This document shows positions 30,165-41,028 of a stretch of DNA of 64,000 nt, in pieces. The DNA is from Paenibacillaceae bacterium (GTDB taxonomy: Bacteria > Bacillota > Bacilli > Paenibacillales > CANHGK01), in the NCBI GenBank assembly GCA_947460235.1, contig CANHGK010000013.1, positions 8,509 through 72,508 on the forward strand. The letters are read 5' to 3'. The notes under the pieces were generated by a model. That model saw only the letters and a program-made list of their open reading frames with translations. It ran no database searches and was not told where the DNA came from. The position numbers and the translations under genes were made by a program. Each line of letters begins with the position of its first letter. The first letter of the stretch is position 1.

Positions 30165-31280
30165 TTATCGCCCCACAACGCGCTGTCCGACGTCCAATCC
30201 ACGCACAATTTCGATCTGAGTAGCTGTTTCTAATCCAATTTCAACATCCACTTCCCGTTTATTGCCTTGTTCATCTTGCACGATCACATAATTCCGTCCT
30301 GCATGTGTCCGTAATACAGATGGCTCAATCACAACAACGTTAGCATGACGTTGGACGACGACACTCGCACTTAGCGGTGTGTCACGTGTCACATCTTTGG
30401 GAAATGGATTAATGGATATAAGCGTATAAATATCCGGAGAATCCGGGAGTGGATTTCCAAACTGATCATATCCAGGATTATACATATTCGAATTATTTGG
30501 TTTTAATGGCATACGCAAAACTGTACCTGTTTGTTTACCAACGCCATTAATATCAATATCCGCTTTCATCTTTGGTGCAATCTTTTTTAAATCATCCGCA
30601 TCAAATGTCACCGCAACGCATAATTTGGACAAGTCAGATACGACCATAACTGGACTATACGCATTTATTTGATCACCATTTTTTGGTGTCACCGAGACGA
30701 CTGTGCCATCAAATGGTGCCATAATTTTTGCATGAGCGAGTGATTTTTCGAGTTTCCTCAACTCTGTGCGTTTCAGTTCAAAATCAATTTTTGCTTGTTC
30801 AACTTGTGCAGGATCCATTTCGTCTGATTTACGCAACAAATCGATCATTTGCAATTCATCTTTGCGAGTTTCAAGCTTCTTCTGATCGTATTGATTTTGT
30901 GCATCTTCCATATCAAGTTCCGCAAGCACTTGACCTTTTTTGACCAAATCTCCTGAATGAACATTGATCATTTTGATCCGTTTGCCGTCCTCTGTAAAAT
31001 ACATCGTTTGTTCATTTAATGACATTACTTTTCCGCCACCAGTGACGGATTGTTCTATGGTTGCAGTACCAACTGTGTAAACTGGTTTTTTAGATAGTTT
31101 TGGCGGTTGAATCGTTGGTAACACTTCTTCTTCCGCTTCTTTCGGGAATATTGTACAACCGCTAAGAACAGATACAGTAACCATTAATGCAACTAAAGAA
31201 ATGAATAACCGTTTCCCCTTGCGCAATGGCAACGAATAAAAATCAAGAGATGTTTGTGATAATTCCATCAACCATTTCAT
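30165..31280 (-). CDS. Membrane fusion (periplasmic adaptor) lipoprotein
   Basis: Lipobox VLSGC; V.SGDLVKKGQVLAELD, IMAPFDGTV, VEIGL...EIVRGL; true start probably somewhat downstream of 31280. Confidence 0.88.
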   Translation of the reverse strand: MKWLMELSQTSLDFYSLPLRKGKRLFISLVALMVTVSVLSGCTIFPKEAEEEVLPTIQPPKLSKKPVYTVGTATIEQSVTGGGKVMSLNEQTMYFTEDGKRIKMINVHSGDLVKKGQVLAELDMEDAQNQYDQKKLETRKDELQMIDLLRKSDEMDPAQVEQAKIDFELKRTELRKLEKSLAHAKIMAPFDGTVVSVTPKNGDQINAYSPVMVVSDLSKLCVAVTFDADDLKKIAPKMKADIDINGVGKQTGTVLRMPLKPNNSNMYNPGYDQFGNPLPDSPDIYTLISINPFPKDVTRDTPLSASVVVQRHANVVVIEPSVLRTHAGRNYVIVQDEQGNKREVDVEIGLETATQIEIVRGLDVGQRVVGR

Positions 31281-31914
31281 AGATCTGGTCCGCTCCTTCC
31301 ATCATCTTCGGGTCATGTGTCGTCATACAGATCGTGATTTGTTCATGTTCCATTACATCGTGAAATACGCGTAATATTTGCTTTGCCATTTGCGAATCCA
31401 ATTCAGCAGTCGGTTCATCAGCAAGGATGATTTTGGGTTTATGTGCGAATGCTTTGGCAATGGCAACACGCTGCTGTTCCCCGCCTGAAAGTTCATACGG
31501 ACGATGTTTGGAACGCTTACTTAAACCCACCAACTCTAGACAATAACCCACACGAGATTTCCATTCGCGTGATGGCAAACCAGCAAGTCTTAGTGAAAGT
31601 TCCACATTTTCATATGCGGACAAATGCGGTAATAACGCGTACGATTGAAACACAAAACCGAACTTCGATTTTCGCAGTCCGGTACGCGCTCGATCATTCA
31701 ATTGATGAATCATTTGACCGTCGAATTCAACCGTGCCTTTGCTCGGTAAATCAAGTCCGCCCAAAATATTAAGTAATGTCGTTTTTCCGGACCCCGAACG
31801 TCCGCGAAGTACTGTCAAATTCCCAGTTTGAATATGTATGTCTACGCCCTTAAGAACATCGATCTTTAGACCTACTTGTTCAAATGAACGCACGACGCCG
31901 GTGCAACGAATCAT
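31243..31914 (-). CDS. ABC ATP-binding protein (LolD/MacB type)
   Basis: GRSGSGKTT, LSGGEQQRVAIA, ILADEPT, TTHD. Confidence 0.93.
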   Translation of the reverse strand: MIRCTGVVRSFEQVGLKIDVLKGVDIHIQTGNLTVLRGRSGSGKTTLLNILGGLDLPSKGTVEFDGQMIHQLNDRARTGLRKSKFGFVFQSYALLPHLSAYENVELSLRLAGLPSREWKSRVGYCLELVGLSKRSKHRPYELSGGEQQRVAIAKAFAHKPKIILADEPTAELDSQMAKQILRVFHDVMEHEQITICMTTHDPKMMEGADQIYEMVDGIITNIS

Positions 31915-31956
31915 CCGATCGCCTCAGTTCCTCAAGTTCATATTTCATATCAAATA

Positions 31957-31984
31957 AGACGATTTCACTTCACAAAAAGTTGCA
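31957..31984 (-). promoter_or_regulatory. Putative ECF-sigma (SigM/W/X-like) promoter of the ABC locus
   Basis: TGCAAC-N17-CGTCT on the minus strand. Confidence 0.55.
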
Positions 31985-32003
31985 TTCAATTAAATAAAAA
32001 TAG

Positions 32004-32035
32004 AAAACTGCCGACATGCACGCGCCGACAGTTCT
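32004..32035 (-). terminator. Terminator of the pyr operon
   Basis: aactgtcggcg...tgtcggcagtt stem followed by a T-rich run on the minus strand. Confidence 0.65.
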
Positions 32036-32072
32036 TTATTTTTAAAATTGCTTTGATTGATTAGAAAAATTA

Positions 32073-32708
32073 TTAATTACCGAATGATTTACGGTCAAGA
32101 CGCCATGCTTCCAACTTCTCAATTGCATCTTTTTCAATATATCCCATGTGTAATGCTTCTTCAATAAGCGCTCGGTAATTTGACAGTGTAAAAAGTGGGA
32201 TGCCTGCATCCGCAAATGCTTGGTGTGCATCATCAAACTCATACGTAAAAATTGCTACGATTCCCAGCACGATACCGCCAGCTTCACGCACTGCATTCGC
32301 GGCTTTAATTGAGCTTCCACCGGTAGAAATCAAATCTTCAATGACAACAACGCGGTCACCCTGGTTCATTAATCCTTCGATCTGATTTTGTTTGCCATGA
32401 CCCTTCGCTTTATCGCGAATATAAATCATCGGCGATTCCAATTTTTGCGCGACCCATGCCGCGTGCGGAATACCGGCAGTTGCCGTACCCGCAACCGCAT
32501 CAACATTTGGGAAGTGTGTTTTAATCACTTCGGAAAAACCTTCTGCAATTGCATCGCGAATTTTTGGGAACGACATCGTTAAACGATTGTCGCAATAGAT
32601 CGGTGATTTAATGCCTGATGTCCACGTGAATGGTTCATCTGGACGCAGTGAAACTGCGCGAATTTGCAATAAATAACGTGCAATCTGCTGTGCCAATGCT
32701 GCGCTCAT
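32073..32708 (-). CDS. pyrE: Orotate phosphoribosyltransferase
   Basis: FTWTSGIKSPIYCDNR, VVIEDLISTGGS. Confidence 0.98.
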   Translation of the reverse strand: MSAALAQQIARYLLQIRAVSLRPDEPFTWTSGIKSPIYCDNRLTMSFPKIRDAIAEGFSEVIKTHFPNVDAVAGTATAGIPHAAWVAQKLESPMIYIRDKAKGHGKQNQIEGLMNQGDRVVVIEDLISTGGSSIKAANAVREAGGIVLGIVAIFTYEFDDAHQAFADAGIPLFTLSNYRALIEEALHMGYIEKDAIEKLEAWRLDRKSFGN

Positions 32709-33418
32709 GCTTCTGACATCTCCTTTATGATCGACAATACCGCTTCGCGCGGATTGCTTGCTTTCGTGATTGGACGTCCTATCACCAAAAAGTCTACACC
32801 TTGACGAACAGCGTCCGCAGGAGTCATCACCCGCTGCTGATCTCCAATATCGCTACCAGAAGGACGAATCCCTGGCGTAATGGTTAAAAATGAATCGCCG
32901 CATATCGCTTTGATCAATTGTACTTCTTGCGCAGAAGCGACAACCCCATCAAGCCCTGCTTCTTTAGCTAGTTTGGCATAGTGAATGACCGTATCAGATA
33001 CTTCCCCTGGAATGCCGATTTCATCGTTCATACAGGCTTGATTCGTACTGGTCAATTGGGTTACTGCGATTAACAAAGGTTTTATCCCAATCCCATCCCA
33101 GCCTTCTTCTAGTCCCGCCTTCGCCGCCTTCATCATCTCGACACCGCCAGCTGCATGAACATTAAAGACAAATACGCCTAATTTTGCAATCACCCGAGCA
33201 GCTGATCGTACCGTGTTCGGAATATCATGCAATTTTACATCTAGGAATATATGATGGCCCGCTTCTTGTAATTGTTTGATAAACTTAGGTCCTTCGGAGT
33301 AAAACAATTCCATTCCGACTTTTATCGTCAATGGAATTCCAGAAAACTGCGCCAACAGCGGTTTAGCCGAAGGCGCATCCGGAACATCCAGTGCAATCAT
33401 AATCCGTTTGGAATCCAT
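32705..33418 (-). CDS. pyrF: Orotidine-5'-phosphate decarboxylase
   Basis: IALD, KVGMELF, DVKLHDIPNTV, TPGIRP, DQQRVMTP, IGRPIT. Confidence 0.98.
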   Translation of the reverse strand: MDSKRIMIALDVPDAPSAKPLLAQFSGIPLTIKVGMELFYSEGPKFIKQLQEAGHHIFLDVKLHDIPNTVRSAARVIAKLGVFVFNVHAAGGVEMMKAAKAGLEEGWDGIGIKPLLIAVTQLTSTNQACMNDEIGIPGEVSDTVIHYAKLAKEAGLDGVVASAQEVQLIKAICGDSFLTITPGIRPSGSDIGDQQRVMTPADAVRQGVDFLVIGRPITKASNPREAVLSIIKEMSEA

Positions 33419-33419
33419 A

Positions 33420-36400
33420 TTAACTCATCACCGGCATCGATTTTACGTGGAAATTCATTTGTTCCAATACGAGTAATAATGCTTTTACCGTATCGAGTGA
33501 CGTCATACAAATGATTCCGTGTTCTACGGATTCGCGGCGAATTCGGAAACCATCACGTTCTGGCGTTTTGCCTTTCGTGAGTGTGTTAACCACAAATTTT
33601 GCTTCACCGCTGCGAATCAAATCAAGGATGTTTGGAGAACCGTCCGTAATTTTGTTCACGCGTTTCACATAAATGTCTGCTTTTTCGAATGCATCTGCAG
33701 TTCCGCCAGTTGCAATAATTTTGTATCCAAGCTCTGAGAATCCGCGCATGATTTCAACGGCTTCATCTTTATCTTTATCCGCAACGGTAACAACGATCGA
33801 ACCTGATGGTGGAATTTTCATCCCAGAACCAATTAATCCTTTGTAGAGCGCTTTGGCAAAACTGCTATCGCGGCCCATTACTTCACCAGTTGATTTCATT
33901 TCTGGTCCAAGGTATGTGTCAACGCGGCGCAATTTTGCAAACGAGAACACAGGAACTTTAACCGAAATTTGTTTGTCTTCAGGCCATAATCCTTCTGAAT
34001 AGCCAAGGCTTGTAAGCGTTTGACCCATAATTAACTTCGTTGCCACGTTTGCCATCGGTACGCCTGTTACTTTGGAAAGGAATGGAACCGTCCGCGAAGA
34101 GCGCGGATTGACTTCAATAACGTATACAACATCTTGGGAAATGACGAATTGAATATTTACCAAACCGATCGTTTTCAATTCTTTTGCAATTTTTATCGTG
34201 ATCTCAACGATTTGATCTTGAATTTCTTTGGCGATGGTTTGCGGCGGATATACGGCAATCGAGTCACCGGAGTGAACTCCTGCTCGCTCAATATGTTCCA
34301 TAATACCTGGAATTAATACCGTTTCTCCATCACAAATGGCGTCAACTTCTAATTCTTTACCGACCATATAACGGTCAACAAGCACCGGATGTTCTGGATT
34401 AATTTTGACGGCTTGTTCCATATAACTTAACAATTCTTTGTCGGAATATACGATTTCCATTGCACGACCACCAAGCACATAAGACGGACGGACGAGCACT
34501 GGATATCCGAGTGCGTCGGCTGCTTTTACCGCATCTTCAACGGTAAACACGTTATGACCTTCTGGTTGTGCGATGTCAAGGCGCTTCAAAAGCGCTTCGA
34601 ATTTCTTGCGATCTTCTGCGGTATCGATACTTTCCAAGCTAGAACCGAGAATTTTTACACCGGCTTTTTGCAATGGTGCCGCAAGATTAATTGCCGTTTG
34701 ACCACCAAATTGAACAATTACCCCAATTGGATTTTCTTGTTCGATCACATTCATGACATCTTCAAAGAACAACGGTTCAAAGTACAAACGGTCAGATGTG
34801 TTAAAGTCCGTCGAAACGGTTTCTGGATTGTTGTTGATGATGACAGCCTCGTAGCCTGCATCTTGAATTGCCCAAACCGCGTGAACCGTCGAATAGTCAA
34901 ACTCGATTCCTTGACCGATCCGAATCGGACCAGAACCAAGCACGAGCACTTTTTCCTTCGAAGATTCCGTCACTTCATTTTCTTGCTCGTATGTTGAATA
35001 GTAGTAAGGTGTAGATGCTTCGAACTCCGCGGAACATGTATCAACCATTTTGTAAACTGGAACGATGTCGTTTGCTTTTCGATGTGAACGAATATCATGT
35101 TCATTCGTGAATGTTGTCAAATTCGCCAAACGACGCAATTCAGCAATTGAACGGTCACTAAAGCCCATGCGTTTCGCTTTATATAAGATTTCAAGGGTGA
35201 ACTCAGATTCTTGAATTGTTTTCTCAAACGCAACCATACCCTCAAATTTGTGCAAGAACCACCAATCGATTTTGGTGAGGTCTTGTAATTTTTGAACGGA
35301 ATAACCGCGGCGAAGTGCGTCTGCGAGCAAGAACATGCGCTCGTCATCCGCTTTTGCAAGACGCGATTCTAATGTCGCTTCGTCTAAGTATTCCGGATCT
35401 TTTAATTCCAAGCGATGTGTTCCGATTTCGAGTGAGCGAATCGCTTTGTGCATGGACTCTTCGAATGTACGGCCAATCGCCATCACTTCACCGGTTGCTT
35501 TCATTTGCGTACCGAGTTTACGGTTTGCACTCACAAATTTATCAAACGGCCAGCGCGGAATTTTCGTAACGATATAGTCGAGTGTAGGCTCGAAACATGC
35601 ATAAGTTTGACCAGTAACCGGATTTTGAATTTCATCAAGGGTATAACCGATTGCGATTTTTGCCGCCATCTTTGCAATTGGATATCCAGTTGCTTTGGAT
35701 GCAAGCGCGGAAGAACGACTCACACGCGGATTTACTTCAATAACATAGTATTGGAATGAATGCGGATCAAGGGCATATTGTACGTTACATCCGCCTTCAA
35801 TTTTCAGTGCACGAATGATTTTGATTGACGCGCTGCGAAGCATTTGATATTCACGATCAGACAACGTTTGGCTTGGTGCCACAACGATCGAGTCGCCTGT
35901 ATGAACGCCAACTGGATCAATGTTTTCCATATTACAAATCGTTACGCAGTTATCATTCGCATCGCGCATAACTTCGTATTCGATTTCTTTCATCCCTGCG
36001 ATTGATTTCTCAATCAAGCATTGCGTGATTGGACTGTGGAGCAACCCGGAAGCTACGATTTCGCGCGCTTCTTCTTCATTATTACAAATCCCGCCGCCTG
36101 TTCCGCCAAGCGTGTACGCCGGACGAACGATAATTGGGTAACCAATTTCATTAGCAAAATCAAGCGATTCTTCAATCGTTGTGACAATCACACTTGGGGG
36201 AACCGGTTGTTCCAATTCGCGCATCAAATTACGGAACAAATCACGGTCCTCGGCTTGTTTAATTGCACTAAGTTGTGTACCGAGTAATTTTACATTTTCA
36301 GCTTCCAAAACGCCTGCGTCCGCAAGCGATACTGCCATATTCAATCCGGTTTGACCGCCAAGAGTCGGAAGCAATCCATCTGGACGTTCTTGACGAATAA

Positions 36401-36629
36401 TTTGACTTACGAACTCAAGTGTAATTGGCTCGATATACACTTTATCCGCCATATTCGTGTCTGTCATGATCGTTGCAGGATTGCTATTAATCAAAACGAC
36501 TTCGTATCCTTCTTCTTTGAGTGCCTGGCAAGCTTGTGTACCGGCATAGTCAAACTCAGCCGCCTGTCCAATGACGATCGGACCGGATCCAATCACCAGG
36601 ATTTTTTTTAGGTCATTATTTTTTGGCAT
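33420..36629 (-). CDS. carB: Carbamoyl-phosphate synthase large chain (pyrimidine-specific)
   Basis: [17 protein letters not shown], duplicated ATP-grasp domains, C-terminal MGS domain. Confidence 0.99.
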   Translation of the reverse strand: MPKNNDLKKILVIGSGPIVIGQAAEFDYAGTQACQALKEEGYEVVLINSNPATIMTDTNMADKVYIEPITLEFVSQIIRQERPDGLLPTLGGQTGLNMAVSLADAGVLEAENVKLLGTQLSAIKQAEDRDLFRNLMRELEQPVPPSVIVTTIEESLDFANEIGYPIIVRPAYTLGGTGGGICNNEEEAREIVASGLLHSPITQCLIEKSIAGMKEIEYEVMRDANDNCVTICNMENIDPVGVHTGDSIVVAPSQTLSDREYQMLRSASIKIIRALKIEGGCNVQYALDPHSFQYYVIEVNPRVSRSSALASKATGYPIAKMAAKIAIGYTLDEIQNPVTGQTYACFEPTLDYIVTKIPRWPFDKFVSANRKLGTQMKATGEVMAIGRTFEESMHKAIRSLEIGTHRLELKDPEYLDEATLESRLAKADDERMFLLADALRRGYSVQKLQDLTKIDWWFLHKFEGMVAFEKTIQESEFTLEILYKAKRMGFSDRSIAELRRLANLTTFTNEHDIRSHRKANDIVPVYKMVDTCSAEFEASTPYYYSTYEQENEVTESSKEKVLVLGSGPIRIGQGIEFDYSTVHAVWAIQDAGYEAVIINNNPETVSTDFNTSDRLYFEPLFFEDVMNVIEQENPIGVIVQFGGQTAINLAAPLQKAGVKILGSSLESIDTAEDRKKFEALLKRLDIAQPEGHNVFTVEDAVKAADALGYPVLVRPSYVLGGRAMEIVYSDKELLSYMEQAVKINPEHPVLVDRYMVGKELEVDAICDGETVLIPGIMEHIERAGVHSGDSIAVYPPQTIAKEIQDQIVEITIKIAKELKTIGLVNIQFVISQDVVYVIEVNPRSSRTVPFLSKVTGVPMANVATKLIMGQTLTSLGYSEGLWPEDKQISVKVPVFSFAKLRRVDTYLGPEMKSTGEVMGRDSSFAKALYKGLIGSGMKIPPSGSIVVTVADKDKDEAVEIMRGFSELGYKIIATGGTADAFEKADIYVKRVNKITDGSPNILDLIRSGEAKFVVNTLTKGKTPERDGFRIRRESVEHGIICMTSLDTVKALLLVLEQMNFHVKSMPVMS

Positions 36630-37770
36630 ACTCGAGTTCTCCTTTGCTTACGTTCAGTTCCGCAAACACAGCTTGACGCGGCGGTTTCGGATTTGATGTT
36701 TTGAATTCATGAATCATCGTGATGAAGTCATCAAACAAGTAACCAGAATCCCAAGGACCAGGGGATGCTTCTGGATGATATTGGACTGAAAATGCTGGCA
36801 ATGTGTTATGGCGAACGCCTTCAATTGTGCCGTCATTGTTATTGATATGAGTTACGATTAATGGTGTATCTTTGACTGAATCAGACAAAATCGTGTATCC
36901 ATGATTTTGAGACGTGATGTGGCAACGACCATTCGTCAAATCTTTCACTGGATGGTTTCCGCCGCGGTGTCCAAATTTCAACTTCGTTGAATCCGCTCCG
37001 CATGCAAGGCTGAGCAGTTGATGTCCGAGGCAAATCCCGAACAATGGAATCTCACCCAGAATATCTTTGATCATTTGAATGGCAACCGGAACATTTTTTG
37101 GGTCCCCAGGGCCATTGGACAATAAAATTCCATCAGGGTGCAAGCGGCGAATTTGATCTGCCGTCGTATCGTGAGGTACAACTACCACATCACAACCTCT
37201 TTTATTCAACTCGCGTAAAATTCCGCCCTTCGCGCCGAAGTCAACAACGACAACACGTTCTTTCGTCCCTGGATTATGGAACATTGAACGGGTACTAACA
37301 CGTTGCACTTGATCTTCAAGCAAATTGCTCACTGCCATTTGGGCTTTTAATGATTCAAGAGGACGATCAGATGTGCTGATGATCCCTTTGAGCGTTCCAA
37401 ACGTACGGATTTTACGAGTAAGCATCCGTGTATCAATGCCCGAGATACCAGGTATATCATATTCTTTCAATAATTGATCTAACGTATATTGACCGCGCCA
37501 GTTACTTGGTAACACTTCTTGTTCGCGTACAACAAAGCCGTGAATGTAAGGACGAACCGATTCAAAATCATCGCGTGTAATCCCGTAGTTTCCGATTAAA
37601 GGATACGTCATCGTAACAATTTGTCCGCAATACGATGGATCGGATAAAACTTCTTGGTAACCGGTCATTCCTGTGTTGAACACAACTTCCCCAACCATGT
37701 CTGTTGTTGCTCCGAATGCTTGTCCAACAAATACCGTACCGTCTTCCAGGATTAATCTTGCTTGTTTCAT
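36616..37770 (-). CDS. carA: Carbamoyl-phosphate synthase small chain
   Basis: [33 protein letters not shown]. Confidence 0.98.
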   Translation of the reverse strand: MKQARLILEDGTVFVGQAFGATTDMVGEVVFNTGMTGYQEVLSDPSYCGQIVTMTYPLIGNYGITRDDFESVRPYIHGFVVREQEVLPSNWRGQYTLDQLLKEYDIPGISGIDTRMLTRKIRTFGTLKGIISTSDRPLESLKAQMAVSNLLEDQVQRVSTRSMFHNPGTKERVVVVDFGAKGGILRELNKRGCDVVVVPHDTTADQIRRLHPDGILLSNGPGDPKNVPVAIQMIKDILGEIPLFGICLGHQLLSLACGADSTKLKFGHRGGNHPVKDLTNGRCHITSQNHGYTILSDSVKDTPLIVTHINNNDGTIEGVRHNTLPAFSVQYHPEASPGPWDSGYLFDDFITMIHEFKTSNPKPPRQAVFAELNVSKGELEYAKK

Positions 37771-37784
37771 CTGATGATCCTCCC

Positions 37785-39131
37785 TCATTCCGCAATCGCC
37801 GCTTCCGGCGTTGCACTGCTTTCAGTGTATACTACATGACCTGCAACCATTGTAAATAGTGGCCAACCGAACAACTTCCAACCGCCAAACGGCGTATTTT
37901 TACTTTTTGACGCAAAAGTTGATGGATCTACGGTTCGTTCGAATTCTAAGTCAATCAACGTCAAATCTGCTGGCGCACCAACTGCAATCCGTCCACCTGG
38001 CAAACCGAACAGTGCTGCTGGTTTTTCCGTCATCGCCTTCAGTAAAAAGTCGAGTGTGACGCGACCTGTTTTCACAAAGTGTGTATATAGTAATGGAAAT
38101 GCTGTTTCTAACCCAACAATTCCAAATGGTGCCAGGGTAAGCCCACGTGCCTTTTCTTCAGCGGCATGAGGCGCATGATCCGTAACGATCACATCGATTG
38201 TACCATCGAGCCATGCTTCGACAACCGCGTCGCGATCTTTCGGAGTCCGAAGTGGCGGATTCATTTTCCAGTTTGCATCGTCAATACCCGGAATATCTTC
38301 GTCGCAAAGTAATAAGTGATGCGGACAAACTTCCGTACTTACGCGAATGCCTCGTGTTTTTGCCTCACGAATCAAATGCACTGATTGACGAGTGCTAATG
38401 TGGCAAACATGATAATGTGCGCCTGTTTTCTCGGACAATTGGATATCACGACCAACATGTATGGATTCCGATTCATTCGTGATTCCGACCAAACCGTGTT
38501 TACGGGCAAATTCACCTTCCGAAACCGCAGCTCCATGTGCGACGAGCGATTCGTCCTCACAATGTGCAACTACCGGCAACCCATGTTCGACAGCCGTCTC
38601 CATCGCTTTAAGCATCATGCCGGCGGACTGAACGCCAACGCCGTCATCTGTATATGCGATAATCCCAGCTTTTTGAAGTGCAGCAAAATCTGTTAATTCC
38701 TTGCCCAATTGATTCTTCGTAATGCAGCCATATGGAATGACATTCGCAACGCCTTCTGTTTTCGCTTTTTCATAAATGAATTGCACCGTCTCCGGCGTAT
38801 CGATCACCGGACGCGTGTTAGGCATGCAAGCAATGGTTGTATATCCACCTTTAACTGCCGCACGTGTTCCCGTTGCAATCGTTTCTTTATGTTCAAATCC
38901 CGGTTCACGCAAATGTACATGCAAATCGATAAATCCAGCGCTGAGCAAAAGCCCTTCCGCGTCAACGATATGCCACCCTTCTAAAGCAGCAACTTGCTCG
39001 TCCGCTTCATTCGTTGTTGGCAAACTGATTTTGGCAATGACGCCATTCTCTACCCACACATCTTGTTTCGTTTGTTCACCCGATCGGGTATCAACGACCC
39101 ATGCATTGCGAATCCATGTTTTTGTATTCAA
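37785..39131 (-). CDS. pyrC: Dihydroorotase
   Basis: DLHVHLREPG, MPNTRP, AHCED, KMNPPLR, TDHAPH. Confidence 0.97.
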   Translation of the reverse strand: MNTKTWIRNAWVVDTRSGEQTKQDVWVENGVIAKISLPTTNEADEQVAALEGWHIVDAEGLLLSAGFIDLHVHLREPGFEHKETIATGTRAAVKGGYTTIACMPNTRPVIDTPETVQFIYEKAKTEGVANVIPYGCITKNQLGKELTDFAALQKAGIIAYTDDGVGVQSAGMMLKAMETAVEHGLPVVAHCEDESLVAHGAAVSEGEFARKHGLVGITNESESIHVGRDIQLSEKTGAHYHVCHISTRQSVHLIREAKTRGIRVSTEVCPHHLLLCDEDIPGIDDANWKMNPPLRTPKDRDAVVEAWLDGTIDVIVTDHAPHAAEEKARGLTLAPFGIVGLETAFPLLYTHFVKTGRVTLDFLLKAMTEKPAALFGLPGGRIAVGAPADLTLIDLEFERTVDPSTFASKSKNTPFGGWKLFGWPLFTMVAGHVVYTESSATPEAAIAE

Positions 39132-39195
39132 AGCGAAAGCCTCCTTAAAATTAATGCCATCGTTCCAATTCGTAATTCCTTTGGCATGAAAGAAA

Positions 39196-40101
39196 TTACT
39201 TCTTCATTACCCATTCAAGTACGGCCATACGTACCGGTACGCCATTTGCCATTTGCGGAAACACGCGTGATTGCGGTGCATCGATTACTTCATCATCCAT
39301 TTCAACATTTCGGTTAATCGGAGCCGGATGCATACAAATAGCATGTGATTGCATTACACTTAATCGCTCTGCCGTTAACCCATAAGCTGCGCGGTATGCA
39401 CTTGTATCGCTAAACATCGCGTTCGTTTGATCATGCCGTTCGAGTTGAACACGTAGCATCATCACGACATCGGACTGTAATGCTTGGTCCATCGAAATAT
39501 AATCTGCAAAATCGGCCAATTCCGGTGCACGCATTTCAAAAGGCGCACAAAAGCGGACATTTGCACCTAGTTCACGTAATGCCCATAAGTTCGAACGAGC
39601 AACGCGGCTATGTTTAATATCTCCGATTATGGTTACATTCAAATCTTTGATTTCGCCAAACTGTTTCTTCATTGTATATAAATCGAGTAATCCTTGTGTT
39701 GGATGCTCGTTACATCCATCTCCTGCATTCACAAGCGGTACGCGAACTTTATTCATGAGTGCTTGCAATACACCTTCTTGCTTCAAACGAATAACCCCAG
39801 CATGTACGCCCATCGCTTCCAGCGTTCGAACCGTATCTTCAATCGATTCGCCCTTTTGGACACTAGATACGCCCGCGGAAAAATTCATCACTTCCGCACC
39901 AAGACGTTTCTCCGCCACTTCAAACGAGAAGCGCGTTCGCGTACTGTTCTCAAAGAACATGTTCACGACAAAACGATCGTTTAGCACGCGATGTACTTGA
40001 TCCCCTTCGTTCTCCCAATGTGCTGCCCGCGCCAACCATTCATGTAATTGAGTTGCTGATATGCCGCGAAGTCCAAGCAAATGTCTAGGTGTCTGACTCA
40101 T
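39196..40101 (-). CDS. pyrB: Aspartate carbamoyltransferase
   Basis: FFENSTRT, HPTQGLLD, GDIKHSRVARS, LRVQLER, MHPAP. Confidence 0.98.
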   Translation of the reverse strand: MSQTPRHLLGLRGISATQLHEWLARAAHWENEGDQVHRVLNDRFVVNMFFENSTRTRFSFEVAEKRLGAEVMNFSAGVSSVQKGESIEDTVRTLEAMGVHAGVIRLKQEGVLQALMNKVRVPLVNAGDGCNEHPTQGLLDLYTMKKQFGEIKDLNVTIIGDIKHSRVARSNLWALRELGANVRFCAPFEMRAPELADFADYISMDQALQSDVVMMLRVQLERHDQTNAMFSDTSAYRAAYGLTAERLSVMQSHAICMHPAPINRNVEMDDEVIDAPQSRVFPQMANGVPVRMAVLEWVMKK

Positions 40102-40649
40102 TCGTTTGAATTCCCCCTCTGATAAATCACCACTTGATCAATTCCATCTCGCTCATCCAGGCGTACGATAATCGATTCTGTTCGTGATGTTGGTACATTC
40201 TTTCCAACAAAATCTGGCCGAATTGGTAACTCACGATGCCCGCGGTCAATTAATACCGCAAGTTGTATACACTGTGCTCGTCCAAGATCCATCAATGCAT
40301 CCATCGCTGCACGAACCGTGCGCCCTGTATATAAAACATCATCAAATAACACAACCACTTTCCCATCAATTCGCTGAGAATCAGACAACATCAGATCCGG
40401 TCGTTGTACCACGTGTAAGCGATCATCACGGTATGCCGTAACATCCAAATCAAACACTGGAACTTGCACCGATTCGAGTTCCTGAATCCGCTTGGCAACA
40501 CGTTCCGCCAAAAACGCGCCGCGAGTGCGAATCCCTACCAATACCAAATCGTGAACCCCTTTATTCTTTTCCAAAATCTCAAATGCAATTCGGGTTAACG
40601 ATCGCCTAATTGTCGCATCATCTAGCAAAATCCGCTCACTAGCGGGCAT
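40098..40649 (-). CDS. pyrR: Bifunctional pyr attenuation regulator/uracil phosphoribosyltransferase
   Basis: LVGIRTRG, DDVLYTGRTVRAA, DRGHRELPIRPDFVGKNVPT. Confidence 0.97.
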   Translation of the reverse strand: MPASERILLDDATIRRSLTRIAFEILEKNKGVHDLVLVGIRTRGAFLAERVAKRIQELESVQVPVFDLDVTAYRDDRLHVVQRPDLMLSDSQRIDGKVVVLFDDVLYTGRTVRAAMDALMDLGRAQCIQLAVLIDRGHRELPIRPDFVGKNVPTSRTESIIVRLDERDGIDQVVIYQRGNSNE

Positions 40650-40687
40650 AAAAAAACCTCCTTGTCCATGCTGACAAGGAGGTTGGT
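40650..40687 (-). terminator. Attenuator terminator of the pyr leader
   Basis: aacctccttgtc-agcatg-gacaaggaggtt followed by a T run directly before the pyrR ATG. Confidence 0.85.
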
Positions 40688-40781
40688 TGTCGGTTTCGGG
40701 GAAGCGATGCGCGTGTTGTGCAAACGAATTCACACAAACCTAGCAAAGAAAAGTTCATTGTCGCTTCGACGTTACATTACC

Positions 40782-40820
40782 ATTCCTTATCAGTCTCTCG
40801 GGACTAAATTAAAGGCGGGT
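40782..40820 (-). promoter_or_regulatory. PyrR-binding loop (anti-antiterminator)
   Basis: cctttaatttAGTCCcGAGAGACTgataagg resembles the ARUCC..GNGAGGYU PyrR motif. Confidence 0.8.
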
Positions 40821-40840
40821 TTCCGATTTTATTTGTTGAA

Positions 40841-40870
40841 ATTATCCCATGCCGAAGCACGTAAAGTCAA
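40841..40870 (-). promoter_or_regulatory. SigA promoter of the pyr operon
   Basis: TTGACT-N18-GATAAT with TG extension. Confidence 0.65.
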
Positions 40871-41028
40871 GGGCAAAGCGGTGAAACATTTATGTAAACC
40901 ATCCGTAATTCAATCGATATGATCGAGATTGAATTCGTTATCCTTTCCATTGACAACAGGTATTTTATGGTGCATCTCGAATTTAAGTTAAATGACTCAA
41001 ATTGTCATTTTTCCAAGGAGGGCTCTAT

